A stretch of 62,576 nt of DNA from assembly GCA_964585405.1 (NCBI GenBank), contig CAZPDU010000240.1, positions 1 through 62,576 on the forward strand, read 5' to 3'. Positions 48,191-58,232 of the stretch are shown in pieces. A model generated the notes under the pieces. It was not told the DNA's origin and did not search any database. It worked only from the letters and a program-made list of their open reading frames with translations. Position numbers and translations under genes: made by a program. This stretch comes from an uncultured Thermodesulfobacteriaceae bacterium. Lineage in GTDB: Bacteria > Desulfobacterota > Dissulfuribacteria > Dissulfuribacterales > UBA3076. Each line of letters begins with the position of its first letter. Positions within the stretch are counted from its first letter, which is position 1.

Positions 48191-48622
48191 TCATTCCTTC
48201 AGACAAATTCCCTTTTTGTCCAGCCAGGCCCCGAATTGCTGGTCTTCCCCCTTGATATGTTTTACCAGCCAGTTCATAAGGTAGGTATTTAGGGATCTGG
48301 CGAGACCTTCAGTGGCCCCCTCTTCCTTGAAGTCCTCGATCATGCTGCTTACCATTTTTTTAAACTCCTGATGGGCCTTTCTGTGCTCCTTGTACCCGGG
48401 ATATTTATTGGCAACCATGTGTTTTTCCTCGGTAGAGAAATGAAAATCCGCATAATCGATCATGAAGTCAAAGGTTTCCAGGATTTTTTCGGCGCCCGTA
48501 TTTTGTTCGATTGCCTGGTTGATATCGTTCAGTTTATCGATAAGCATCTTGTGCTGTTCGTCTACCAGTTCCACGCAGATGGAAAGGCTTTTATCCCATT
48601 TAATCTTTGCCATATAGGTCAC
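48191..48622 (-). CDS. bacteriohemerythrin
   Basis: 143 aa. IKWDKSLSICVELVDEQHKMLI, plus H..HF..EE and H....H iron-ligand spacing. Confidence 0.85.
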   Translation of the reverse strand: MTYMAKIKWDKSLSICVELVDEQHKMLIDKLNDINQAIEQNTGAEKILETFDFMIDYADFHFSTEEKHMVANKYPGYKEHRKAHQEFKKMVSSMIEDFKEEGATEGLARSLNTYLMNWLVKHIKGEDQQFGAWLDKKGICLKE

Positions 48623-49342
48623 TGCTCCTCAGTTGCTGCCTCGAATAATGTCGTATTTCATAAACTGTTTACAGTTCAGTTTCTTTGATCCCAAGCCTGT
48701 CTTCAGTTTAGGCTAAATAATCAATAATATAGTTCGATTATTCATTTCTTTAATTGATTCCGCCAACTACTTCGATATATTTACTCTCACTGCATAGAGG
48801 CCCCGCTTTCGGAATTTGGAACGAGACTACACTTGTGCGTGCACTGTATAGCAGTTTCCATATCATTTTTGGAAGTCGCAGGTCAAGTAATTTACCATGG
48901 ATTTAGTGGAGAAGAATGCCTGAATAATTACCTGAATTACTGAAAATGCAGATTTCAAGAAAATTTTGAGTATTCCTCTTACGGGGTCAGCCGCAATTGA
49001 ATTTTAATCAAACTGTCGATCTTCTGCATTCCAGGGACATCTAATATTCGATGGGGAATGTTTAGACTGATAATCAGGCCTTCATTTATGAGTGAGTCAT
49101 ATTCCAGATAGATTAAAGGATTGACCTTACAGACTTTTTTGATAAGCTTTTTATATCTTTACAGCAAATAAAAGGGCTCGCAAGCAGGTATCGGTAAATA
49201 CAATACCTGACCAGTGAATTATGAGGTTCTGAAAGCGGAAAATTATCAAAGATTCTCCGTAAATAATAAATAGAAAAACAGTACTCTGCATTATGACGTA
49301 TCATGGGTGTAGAAAGCTTCAGTATCAAACAGGAGGTCAAAG

Positions 49343-51064
49343 ATGCCGGTCCAAAATTTGGATGTGTCAGATATATTCAACAAAATGGCGGATCTCCTTG
49401 AAATTGAGGGGCCAAACCCGTTTCGAGTTCGCGCCTATCGTAACGCTTCACGTGCTGTCTCCAGTCTGCCCCGAAGTGTATCGGACATGCTCGAATCAGG
49501 TGAAGATCTCACGAAGTTGCCTGGAATCGGTAAGGATCTGGCAGGAAAGATCCAGGAGATTGTAAAGACCGGTACCCTTGCCCAACTTGAAGAACTAGAA
49601 GGCAAAACACCGTCCGGACTGAGTCAACTGATGAAAGTGGAGGGCTTAGGTCCTAAAAGGGTAAGTGCGCTCAACAGGCATTTGGGCGTTACCAGTATCA
49701 AGGAACTAGAGGAATCGGCGCGTAAGGGCAAAGTAAGAGAACTGGTTGGGTTCGGGAAAAAGATAGAGCAAAAAATCCTGGAAGAACTCGAGGCCTACGA
49801 GGGAACAGAAAAGCGGATCAAGTTGATTGAAGCCGAGCAGAGGGCCCGTTCCATAGTAGAATATCTCAAAGGAGCAGAGGGCATAAGGAAAATCACGGTT
49901 GCCGGGAGTTACAGGCGGCGGAAAGAGACGGTGGGTGATCTGGATATCCTTGTGACTTGCAAAAGAGGGGCTCAGGTCATGAAGCGTTTTGTGAACTATG
50001 AGGATGTCAAGAAGGTGGTTTCTCAAGGGAACACCAGGGCTACGATAATCCTTCGCTCCGGCCTTCATGTGGATCTCAGGGTTGTACCACAGGTCAGCTA
50101 CGGAGCGGCCCTTCACTATTTTACTGGATCGAAGGCCCACAACATCGCGGTGCGCAAGCTGGGCGTCAAAAAAAATCTCAAAATAAATGAGTACGGCGTG
50201 TTTAAGGAAGATCACCGTATTGCCGGAAAGACTGAAAAAGAGGTTTATAATCAGGTGGATCTCCCGTACATCGAACCCGAATTGCGAGAGAACCATGGTG
50301 AAGTGGAGGCGGCGCAGAAAGGGCGTCTGCCTTTACTGATTGATCTGAAAGACCTCAGAGGCGACCTGCATGCCCACACCGAGGCAACGGACGGAAGTGC
50401 CACTCTTGAAGAAATGGCCGAGTCTGCTGAAGCCCGCGGATATGAATACCTGGCCATTACTGATCATTCCAAGAAAGTAAGTATTGCACACGGCCTGGAT
50501 GCAAGACGTCTTGCAAGACAGATCGAAGAGATCGATAAGTTGAACGAAAAACTCAGGGATATTGTTCTCCTTAAGGGTATAGAGGTGGACATACTCAAGG
50601 ACGGGACCCTTGATCTGCCCGATACCGTCTTGAAAGAACTGGACGTCGTCGTCTGCTCTGTCCATTACCATCGCGGGATTTCCAGAAGACAGATGACTGA
50701 GCGGGTTATCAGGGCCATGGACAATCCCTACTTCAATATTTTTGCCCATCCCACCGGCCGACTGATTAATGAGCGCCAGCCCTATCAGATTGACCTGGAG
50801 CGAATCATTGAGGCGGCCAATGAGCGGGGCTGTTTTCTTGAAATAAATGCCAATCCGGATCGGCTTGACCTCTCGGACAGCCACTGCAAAATGGCAAAGG
50901 ACATGGGCCTTAAGCTGGCGGTCTCAACAGATGCGCACAGCGTTGCGGATATGGACTTTATCCGTTACGGGGTAGATCAGGCCCGCCGGGGCTGGCTGGA
51001 GTCGGGCGACATAATCAATACCAGAAGCCTGAAGCAACTCAGGAAGATGCTTAAAAGGACATAG
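49343..51064 (+). CDS. polX: DNA polymerase X family protein with a C-terminal PHP domain
   Basis: 573 aa. HhH motifs (LPGIGKDLAGKI, VEGLGPKRV), nucleotidyltransferase GSYRRRKETVGDLDIL and PHP motif GDLHAHTEATDG. Confidence 0.9.
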   Translation: MPVQNLDVSDIFNKMADLLEIEGPNPFRVRAYRNASRAVSSLPRSVSDMLESGEDLTKLPGIGKDLAGKIQEIVKTGTLAQLEELEGKTPSGLSQLMKVEGLGPKRVSALNRHLGVTSIKELEESARKGKVRELVGFGKKIEQKILEELEAYEGTEKRIKLIEAEQRARSIVEYLKGAEGIRKITVAGSYRRRKETVGDLDILVTCKRGAQVMKRFVNYEDVKKVVSQGNTRATIILRSGLHVDLRVVPQVSYGAALHYFTGSKAHNIAVRKLGVKKNLKINEYGVFKEDHRIAGKTEKEVYNQVDLPYIEPELRENHGEVEAAQKGRLPLLIDLKDLRGDLHAHTEATDGSATLEEMAESAEARGYEYLAITDHSKKVSIAHGLDARRLARQIEEIDKLNEKLRDIVLLKGIEVDILKDGTLDLPDTVLKELDVVVCSVHYHRGISRRQMTERVIRAMDNPYFNIFAHPTGRLINERQPYQIDLERIIEAANERGCFLEINANPDRLDLSDSHCKMAKDMGLKLAVSTDAHSVADMDFIRYGVDQARRGWLESGDIINTRSLKQLRKMLKRT

Positions 51065-51299
51065 CCCCGGTTTGATCATGCAGCAGATTCTGGTTCAGTT
51101 TGTCTCCGTTTGAAAGATAAGAATGGAAAGTCCTGTTGCGCGGAAAATTGACAAAATCAGAAAATGGGCTTGAATTTTTGCCGGGAAATAGGATATTAAG
51201 AGCGGAGACATTTGAAGTTTTGATACGCGGCCCTTTCTTTTTAGGGGGCCCGAATAGAGCAGATTCTTATCACCAATTCGTATCACCTTCTATAAAATC

Positions 51300-52955
51300 A
51301 TGCTTTTAGAGCTTGCGTTAGAAAATTTCGTACTTTTTGAAAGGGTATCTTTCGGTCTGTCCAGTGGACTTACTGTGCTCACAGGGGAGACTGGTGCAGG
51401 CAAGTCGTTACTTGTCCAGGCCTTGAAGCTTATACTTGGGGCCAGGGCTGATCTGCAGCAGATAAGGACAGGCGCAAAACAGGCCATGGTGCAGGCGGTG
51501 TTTGACGTCTCATCAGAGGTCCGAGACAAGCTGGAGAATATGGGGATATCCTGCGACGAAGAACTTGTTATAAGAAGGACGGTCCCGCGGACCGGAAAGG
51601 GGAGGATATATATAAATGGGGTCATTGTGAGCCTTCAGGACCTGAGGAAAATTGTATCGGGTCTTGCAAGCCTTGCCGGACAGCACGAATACCAGGAACT
51701 TCTGCACCGGCAAAGACATGGGCACTGGCTGGACCGCTTTTCCGGGCTTGGATATGAAGTGGATCAAATAAACAGCCTGTATCAAGAGATTAAGGGATTT
51801 CAAGCGAATCTTAAGAGTGCTGTATATGCAAGAGAAGAGGCAGCTGCAGAAGATGACAGGCTTCGAAAGGAGGCAGAGGAGATTGACAGAATTGCTCCCC
51901 GGCCGGGAGAGGAAGAAGGACTTGAACAGAAGCTCAAGGTATTAAAGGCCGCTGAGGCTTTGCGGACATTGGGAGACAACTGTTACAGGACACTTTATGC
52001 CGATAAAGGATCGATTCAGGAAAGATTGGCGACCTGTAGACAGGACCTTAAACGTATGGCGGAACTTGATTCCATGTTGGGAAAGACGGCAAGCGAACTG
52101 GATTCAGTGATCTATCAGGCGGAAGAGGTGGCGTTGACCCTGCGGGATTATATACACGGCCTTCCGACAGATCTTTCTCAACTGGAACAGATTGAGGAAC
52201 GAATCTACGCTCTTAGGCAGCTTAAGAGGCGCTTTGGACCGACAACAGAGGACGTCCTGGATTATCGAAATGACATTGAGATAAAACTTGCAGCCCTTTG
52301 CGAAAATGAAGATCGTATAGAGGAGTTACATAAAAAACTCGAAGAAAAAGAGAAAAAAATCATAAGCCGGGCACTGGAGTTGAGCAAGAAAAGACATCAG
52401 GGGGCAAAGAGACTCTCTGAGGCGATTAAGGCGGAATTATCTGATCTAAAACTGGCTAAAACTGATTTCTTGATCGATGTAGAAACTGCGGCAAGGCCCA
52501 TAGCCTCGGACGTGGGACCAAGGGGACTTGACAGGGTACAGTTTCTCTTTAGTCCCAACATCGGATTTCCTCTTCGTCCCCTGGCGGCGATTGCTTCCGG
52601 TGGGGAGCTGTCAAGGGTAATGTTGGCATTAAGGGTCGCTTTGGCCAGACAGACAGGTATTGAAACCATTGTGTTTGACGAGATAGATGCGGGAATTGGG
52701 GGAGAGGTGGCGGAGAAAGTGGGTTTTAAACTCAAGGCACTCTCTTCTTTCGGCCAGGTTGTGACCATAACCCACTTCCCCCAGATAGCGGCACGTGGTG
52801 ATCATCACATAGTATTAGAGAAGGTGGCCGAAGGGGATAAGACAGCTATCTTGATAAGGGAGGTGGCAGGAAGTCAGCGCCTGGAGGAACTTACCAGGAT
52901 GCTCGGTGGAGACAGCGAAACAGCCAAGGCATATGCCGGTGAACTGCTGAAGTAA
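51300..52955 (+). CDS. recN: DNA repair protein RecN
   Basis: 551 aa. Walker A GETGAGKS, a long coiled-coil middle and a C-terminal SGGELSRVMLAL signature with IVFDEIDAGIGG. Confidence 0.9.
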   Translation: MLLELALENFVLFERVSFGLSSGLTVLTGETGAGKSLLVQALKLILGARADLQQIRTGAKQAMVQAVFDVSSEVRDKLENMGISCDEELVIRRTVPRTGKGRIYINGVIVSLQDLRKIVSGLASLAGQHEYQELLHRQRHGHWLDRFSGLGYEVDQINSLYQEIKGFQANLKSAVYAREEAAAEDDRLRKEAEEIDRIAPRPGEEEGLEQKLKVLKAAEALRTLGDNCYRTLYADKGSIQERLATCRQDLKRMAELDSMLGKTASELDSVIYQAEEVALTLRDYIHGLPTDLSQLEQIEERIYALRQLKRRFGPTTEDVLDYRNDIEIKLAALCENEDRIEELHKKLEEKEKKIISRALELSKKRHQGAKRLSEAIKAELSDLKLAKTDFLIDVETAARPIASDVGPRGLDRVQFLFSPNIGFPLRPLAAIASGGELSRVMLALRVALARQTGIETIVFDEIDAGIGGEVAEKVGFKLKALSSFGQVVTITHFPQIAARGDHHIVLEKVAEGDKTAILIREVAGSQRLEELTRMLGGDSETAKAYAGELLK

Positions 52956-53018
52956 ATCCAGGACCAACCCGAATCTTTAGGCGTCTGCATTGACAAGATA
53001 TTGATATACGAAACAAAT

Positions 53019-54065
53019 ATGAAAGTTCAATCACCAAATCACCAAATCACCAAATCACCAAATTTTTCTGCTACAGGCATTGTTCTTCACTCCGGAGGTC
53101 TGGATAGCACCATTGCCTGCAAAGTTCTCCAGGCACAAGGTATACATATTATTGCCCTGTATTTCATTACGCCATTTTTTGGATGTAATTTTGGAAAACA
53201 GAAAAAGGTCTTGAGTAACAGGGCGATGATCGACCAGGGGATAGAATTCCAAGGAATAGATATTTCTGATGTGTACCTTAAAATGATAAAGAATCCGGAG
53301 CATGGCTATGGAAAACACATGAATCCGTGTATCGACTGCAGGATTCTGATGATTCGAAATGCCATTAACAGGCTGGATGAATTCAATGCATCCTTTGTAG
53401 CCACAGGGGAGGTCCTTGGCCAAAGACCCATGTCCCAGCGCAGAGATGCCCTCAGGATAATAGAACGGGAGAGCGGTGCTGACGGACAGCTCCTGCGTCC
53501 TCTCTCAGCCCTTCATCTTCCCCCTACAGACGTGGAAAACAAGGGTGTGGTTGATCGTTCAAGATTGCTGGGCCTGACCGGTAGAGGAAGAAAAGATCAG
53601 ATAATCCTTGCCGAAAAATATGGAATAAAACACTATCCGGCCCCTGCTGGAGGATGTGTACTTGCTGATCCCATCCTATCCCTAAGATTTAAATATATGT
53701 TCAGGCTCAGGCCGGAACTTGATGTAAATGACTGCATGCTTCTGAAGATGGGCAGACACTTTGTCCTGCCTGACGGATCATGGCTGGTGATAGGTAGGGA
53801 TAAAAGGGAAAACACAAAGCTTATATCCATAATGAGGGAAGGGGACATTAAGCTGGATCTGACAGCAGGTTACGGGCCCAAAGGACTTTGGCGAAATACC
53901 TGTTCGGATGTATATGCAGATCTCGCAGCAGCCTTACTGTGCCGGTACGCAAGGATCAGAAGACGTTTGGAGGAGGTCAGGCTCTCGGGACCTGGAACTG
54001 AAAATGTAAAATCTGTCACCACCTGTCAGGCTTCAGACGAAATCGTTAATAAATATAAGGTCTAA
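53019..54065 (+). CDS. PP-loop ATP pyrophosphatase, tRNA-thiolation (ThiI/MnmA-like) type
   Basis: PP-loop HSGGLDST and Cys-containing NPCIDCR motif. Start taken at ATG 53019; the track ORF begins at TTG 53001. Confidence 0.65.
   Translation: MKVQSPNHQITKSPNFSATGIVLHSGGLDSTIACKVLQAQGIHIIALYFITPFFGCNFGKQKKVLSNRAMIDQGIEFQGIDISDVYLKMIKNPEHGYGKHMNPCIDCRILMIRNAINRLDEFNASFVATGEVLGQRPMSQRRDALRIIERESGADGQLLRPLSALHLPPTDVENKGVVDRSRLLGLTGRGRKDQIILAEKYGIKHYPAPAGGCVLADPILSLRFKYMFRLRPELDVNDCMLLKMGRHFVLPDGSWLVIGRDKRENTKLISIMREGDIKLDLTAGYGPKGLWRNTCSDVYADLAAALLCRYARIRRRLEEVRLSGPGTENVKSVTTCQASDEIVNKYKV
53029..53062 (+). repeat. octanucleotide tandem repeat (AATCACCA)x4.25
   Basis: Perfect 8-bp periodicity read directly from the sequence. 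It begins 10 nt after the ATG of the PP-loop gene. Confidence 0.9.
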
Positions 54066-54322
54066 TTTGACAACCCTGAATATTATCTGTCTAAACTTGT
54101 TGTCATTATTATGAAAAGACTTTAATTTGTTTAATGGCAGATTGGTATAAGTTACAAAGGGAAAGTTTGAAAATGAAAAGAGGCATTTCTCTCAGTGAAT
54201 GATTAAAGTAGGGCTTTTAAATTTGATTTTGAGAGAAATTTATAATTAAAAATCATGGGAAAATGATTCTGTTAAGAGAAGGTCGGTTTTCCCAGCGTAA
54301 ATAGAAAGGAATATAGTAATCA

Positions 54323-56212
54323 ATGTTAAGCACAATTAGGCAGAGTGCAGGGTCCTGGCTTATCAAATCTATACTCGGTATTATTGTAATAGTATTCGTT
54401 TTCTGGGGCGTAGGAAGCTTTCGTTCCCAGAGGCTCGATGTCGTGACAACGGTGAATGGTGAAGATATTCTTATGGAATCCTATCGCCTTGCCCACGCCA
54501 ATATGCTGGACAACTACAGACGGATGTTCGGCGGTCAGATACCTGAAGGTTTTCTGGACCAGGTGGATTTTAAACAGCAGGTCCTTAACGGCCTTATAAA
54601 TGAGACACTAATTCGGCAGGCCGCTAATGAGGCAGGTATATTAATCAGCGATATAGAGATTCAGAACATTATCCTGTCTATATCTGCATTTCAGCACAAT
54701 GGAGTCTTTGACCAGGAACTTTATGAAAGGACCCTGAGTGGTGCTCGTTTGACTCCCGCTGTCTTTGAAGAACAGGTCAGACAACAGTTGCTAACAGATA
54801 GGTTGAAGGCCCTTCTGAGTTCGGGACTTGCTGTTACCGAGGCAGAGGCAAAAAACCATTATATGTTCGAAAACGAGGAGATCAACCTTGCCTATGTATC
54901 GATTGACACCTCACAGTGCGAGACGGAAGTAAATGCTACAGAACAAGATCTGGTTTTATGGTACGAATCACATAATGAAAATTATATGACAGAACCTCAG
55001 ATTAAGCTGCGTTACCTGGTCCTTGATGAGTCTGATGTTGATGGTGCCAATGTGACGGATTCGGAGATAGAGGCCTATTACAAAGACCATGAGAATGAAT
55101 ATGAGGTCAGGGAACGCAGGCGTGCAAGACACATATTGCTCAAGATACCAGAAGGCGCTGATGAAGATAATATAGAAGAAATCAGAAAAAAAGCGCAAAA
55201 AATTCGCGGGCAAATAGAGAAGGGTGACGACTTCGCAAAGCTGGCCAGGGAGAATTCTGAGGATATCGGAAGTGCGGCTAAAGGCGGAGAGTTGGGTTTT
55301 TTTAGCAAAGGCATGATGGTAAAACCCTTTGAAGAAGCTGTATTCTCCATGAAGGAAGGGGAAATAAGCAGTCCGGTTCTTACCCGTTTCGGCTGGCACA
55401 TAATCCAGCTTGAGGAGATAGAACCGGATAGGTTAAAACCCCTGACCGAGGTGAAGAAATCTATTATCACCAAGCTCAAAGACCAAAGAATCAAAAGCAT
55501 GATATGGGATCGGGCTAATGAGGCCTATGACGAGATAATTGAATTAGGGAGCCTCAGCGACTTTGCAGAACAACATGATGAAATTGAGCTGAAAACCACT
55601 GAATTTTTCAGTCAAAAGGAACCACCCTCTGTAATAGGGAAGGATCCGGAACTGTTGCAGGTCCTGTTTGCCCTGAATTCAGGAGAGTTGAGTTCCCTGC
55701 TTCAGATACATCAGGGTATCCTCATAGCCGAAGTGCTTGAGAAAAAAGCACCTTACCTGCCCTCTCTGGAAGAGGTCAAAGAGCAGGTCAAAGAAGATTA
55801 TGTAAAAGAAAAGGCAAAAGAACTGTGTCGTTTGAAGGCCGAAGAACTTCTTGAGGCGGCAAAGAAACGGGATCTTGAGACCAAGGCAAGAGAAAAGGGG
55901 CTGGAAATTCGGCAGACAGGTCTTTTTAAGCGGACAGACAAGACTGCAAAAGGAGATCTTCCTCCGGCCGTTGTACAGACCGGACTATTATTGTACGAAG
56001 GGAAGGTCTGCCCAGATGATATAGCTGAAAGCGGAAACACTTTTTACATACTGACCTTCAAGGAAAAGAAAGAGGCGGACATTGCAGGCTTTGCAGCACA
56101 AAAGGACGCGATTACCAAGCGGATACTTGAACAGAAGCAACAGACCCTGTTTGAGGACTGGTTGAAACATCAATGGGATAGTGCATCTATCAAACAGGTT
56201 GCAAAGATATAG
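54323..56212 (+). CDS. ppiD: periplasmic chaperone / peptidyl-prolyl isomerase PpiD-like
   Basis: 629 aa. N-terminal TM anchor (WLIKSILGIIVIVFVFWGV), a SurA_N-like region and a parvulin block ARHILL...GGELGFFSKGMMVKPFEE...GWHIIQ. Confidence 0.8.
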   Translation: MLSTIRQSAGSWLIKSILGIIVIVFVFWGVGSFRSQRLDVVTTVNGEDILMESYRLAHANMLDNYRRMFGGQIPEGFLDQVDFKQQVLNGLINETLIRQAANEAGILISDIEIQNIILSISAFQHNGVFDQELYERTLSGARLTPAVFEEQVRQQLLTDRLKALLSSGLAVTEAEAKNHYMFENEEINLAYVSIDTSQCETEVNATEQDLVLWYESHNENYMTEPQIKLRYLVLDESDVDGANVTDSEIEAYYKDHENEYEVRERRRARHILLKIPEGADEDNIEEIRKKAQKIRGQIEKGDDFAKLARENSEDIGSAAKGGELGFFSKGMMVKPFEEAVFSMKEGEISSPVLTRFGWHIIQLEEIEPDRLKPLTEVKKSIITKLKDQRIKSMIWDRANEAYDEIIELGSLSDFAEQHDEIELKTTEFFSQKEPPSVIGKDPELLQVLFALNSGELSSLLQIHQGILIAEVLEKKAPYLPSLEEVKEQVKEDYVKEKAKELCRLKAEELLEAAKKRDLETKAREKGLEIRQTGLFKRTDKTAKGDLPPAVVQTGLLLYEGKVCPDDIAESGNTFYILTFKEKKEADIAGFAAQKDAITKRILEQKQQTLFEDWLKHQWDSASIKQVAKI

Positions 56213-56350
56213 ATAATGCCGTTCAGAAAACCAATCAGGGGTTTATGCAGAGTATGCCCTGTTTCTCTGAAATCCTGTGCCTTGAATTCGTACATTTTGA
56301 ATATAATCGTATTTTAGAGTGATAAAATAATTGTAAAATATTCATGTGTC

Positions 56351-57010
56351 TTAGGCCTTTATGGAAAGGGCCCTTTTCAGGGCGGCCGCATGTACCTTTC
56401 CGGCAAAGTGCAGTGGACTTTTGCTGGATAAAGGATCAAAGGCTGATGGATCGGCCTTGCAGAGATATTGAATTTCTCTCCCAATGGCACCCATTGCTTC
56501 ATCCATGGTAACTCCGATCACCTTGCGAATGACTTGCCATGTGGCACCGCACGAGGCCCCACGTCTTACATGTAGGCCGTTGATATATCCGTTTTTTACA
56601 TCGACATCATATTCAGGCAGGCCGAACTGTTCTCCATAGCTACCAAGGTCCTTTCTGTGCTCAAGGCCGCAGCATGTAAAGGGGCAGATGGCTCCCGGTA
56701 TGTTTTGCCCTGATGCTATTACAGGTATTCCCTTGGTTTTACAGATCTTAACAAGATGCTCAGACAGATCAGGATGTCTCAAAAAATTAAGGATCAGGTC
56801 GCCTGTAAAATCGTCAGGGATAAATTCTCCGGGTTCGTCTATTACCTGAGGCAAGTCGAAGAGAATGTCATATATTCGTTCTATCGTGATATTACGGCCA
56901 TAGATTTCTATTCCAGCTGTCTTATATTTCCCTGAACCTGCCTCTTCGAAAATTACCAATCTGAAGGGAACCGATTTTTTTTCAATCATGATTGTACTGT
57001 ACAACCGCAA
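56351..57010 (-). CDS. DUF166-like protein
   Basis: 219 aa with Cys-rich motifs CPFTCCGL and ASCGATW. The family assignment is from memory. The likely start is the internal ATG at 56989. Confidence 0.45.
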   Translation of the reverse strand: MRLYSTIMIEKKSVPFRLVIFEEAGSGKYKTAGIEIYGRNITIERIYDILFDLPQVIDEPGEFIPDDFTGDLILNFLRHPDLSEHLVKICKTKGIPVIASGQNIPGAICPFTCCGLEHRKDLGSYGEQFGLPEYDVDVKNGYINGLHVRRGASCGATWQVIRKVIGVTMDEAMGAIGREIQYLCKADPSAFDPLSSKSPLHFAGKVHAAALKRALSIKA

Positions 57011-57318
57011 ATAGAATTCTGCTCAAAAGACCAAGGATGCAAGGCGCTGAAACCAGTTCAAAGTCTGAATGTTCGGGGTATATTATAACTAATCGCCCTT
57101 GAATCTTTCGGCTTCAGGCCTCCAGCTCTTGCGCAATGCCTCGGATCGGGTCTTTGTGCTGAGGAATCAACTCTGACAACAGGCCGAAATGGGCTCAGTA
57201 TTTTCAGGTGAATTGGTGCTGGCTTCTCTCTTTTCAAGGATTGCAAGTGAGGAATTATTGTATTTGACATTACCCAGGATCTTTTTATCTCCTTTATGCG
57301 AGGTAAGAAGCAGCGATC

Positions 57319-58047
57319 CTATGGACAATTTTGGTCAAGAAATTGAGTAAAAATACGGCTTAACTCCGGAACAGAAATCGCTTTCTGAGACAATATCTCC
57401 CCGGGGGTCAAAACCTTTCCATAAAGGCGCTCATCGGTATTATAATCGTGATGTAAATACGCCCCCTCCAGGGATAGGCCGGCAAAAAAGCCCTTGCTTC
57501 TGGAGTAAGAGTATACCTCGGCCTTGAGAGTTGCATCAGTGGCTGCTTTCAATTTCCTGCCCACAGGACCGGCGGCTACCGAAATATCTCCTCCCAGTGT
57601 TAGGTTGTTATTGAAAAAGGCCTTTATCCCCCTTTGATTCATTATCACCATCACCAGGTCCGTTGCCTGAACTCCAATCTGCCAGCCAAAACTCCCGCTT
57701 CCTATTCGTAAAAAGGCTGGGCCGTGCCATTTTCTTGTCTTGGGATTTCTGGCCGCCATCAGGCCATGTCCATAACTGGCCCCTACAACAAATCTCCCTT
57801 TGTAGACAGATGGGAATATTGCCAGCCCTTCACATCTTGCCAGGAGTTCATCCGGGATACCTCCATCCGGGGCATTCTTGATCTCTGTCAGTACAGTCAT
57901 GGCATTTTTTATGATCTCGTCAGGTTCCGCTGCCTCTGCCGGCGTTACATAAAGGTGAACAGCGAAGATCATGAATAAACTGAAGCATACGGCCAAGTAC
58001 AGGGCTTTGAGCGGAAACGTGTAAATAAAATAAAGTCCGGCTTTCAT
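57319..58047 (-). CDS. secreted SYLF (Ysc84/DUF500) lipid-binding domain protein
   Basis: 242 aa with a signal peptide. SYLF-like blocks GSGSFGWQIG and YSYSRSKGFFAGLSLEGA. Confidence 0.7.
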   Translation of the reverse strand: MKAGLYFIYTFPLKALYLAVCFSLFMIFAVHLYVTPAEAAEPDEIIKNAMTVLTEIKNAPDGGIPDELLARCEGLAIFPSVYKGRFVVGASYGHGLMAARNPKTRKWHGPAFLRIGSGSFGWQIGVQATDLVMVIMNQRGIKAFFNNNLTLGGDISVAAGPVGRKLKAATDATLKAEVYSYSRSKGFFAGLSLEGAYLHHDYNTDERLYGKVLTPGEILSQKAISVPELSRIFTQFLDQNCP

Positions 58048-58232
58048 GATCTACTCCTGATTTGATAATTATTTTGTTGTCTGTAATCCTTATATGTTAT
58101 TTTATATTGTACCTCAAGGACAAATATGTTTTCTCTGTAAAGGAAATGGCCCGTTGACGATTTCCTCACAGACATATTTGTTTGCACGGACGGCGACCTC
58201 ACTGCGGTCTGTATGGTTTTTATAAAAGACAA

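Noticed and set aside
57011-57318. A 308-bp intergenic region upstream of the DUF166-like gene, including ORF 57058..57270. It was considered as a riboswitch or a small gene.
   Set aside because: The ORF translation is Arg/Pro/Ser-rich with no SD. I could not match the region to any riboswitch consensus (SAM, THF, ZTP, Moco, fluoride, B12) by eye. A TATAAT box about 85 nt upstream of the likely start explains part of it as an ordinary promoter.
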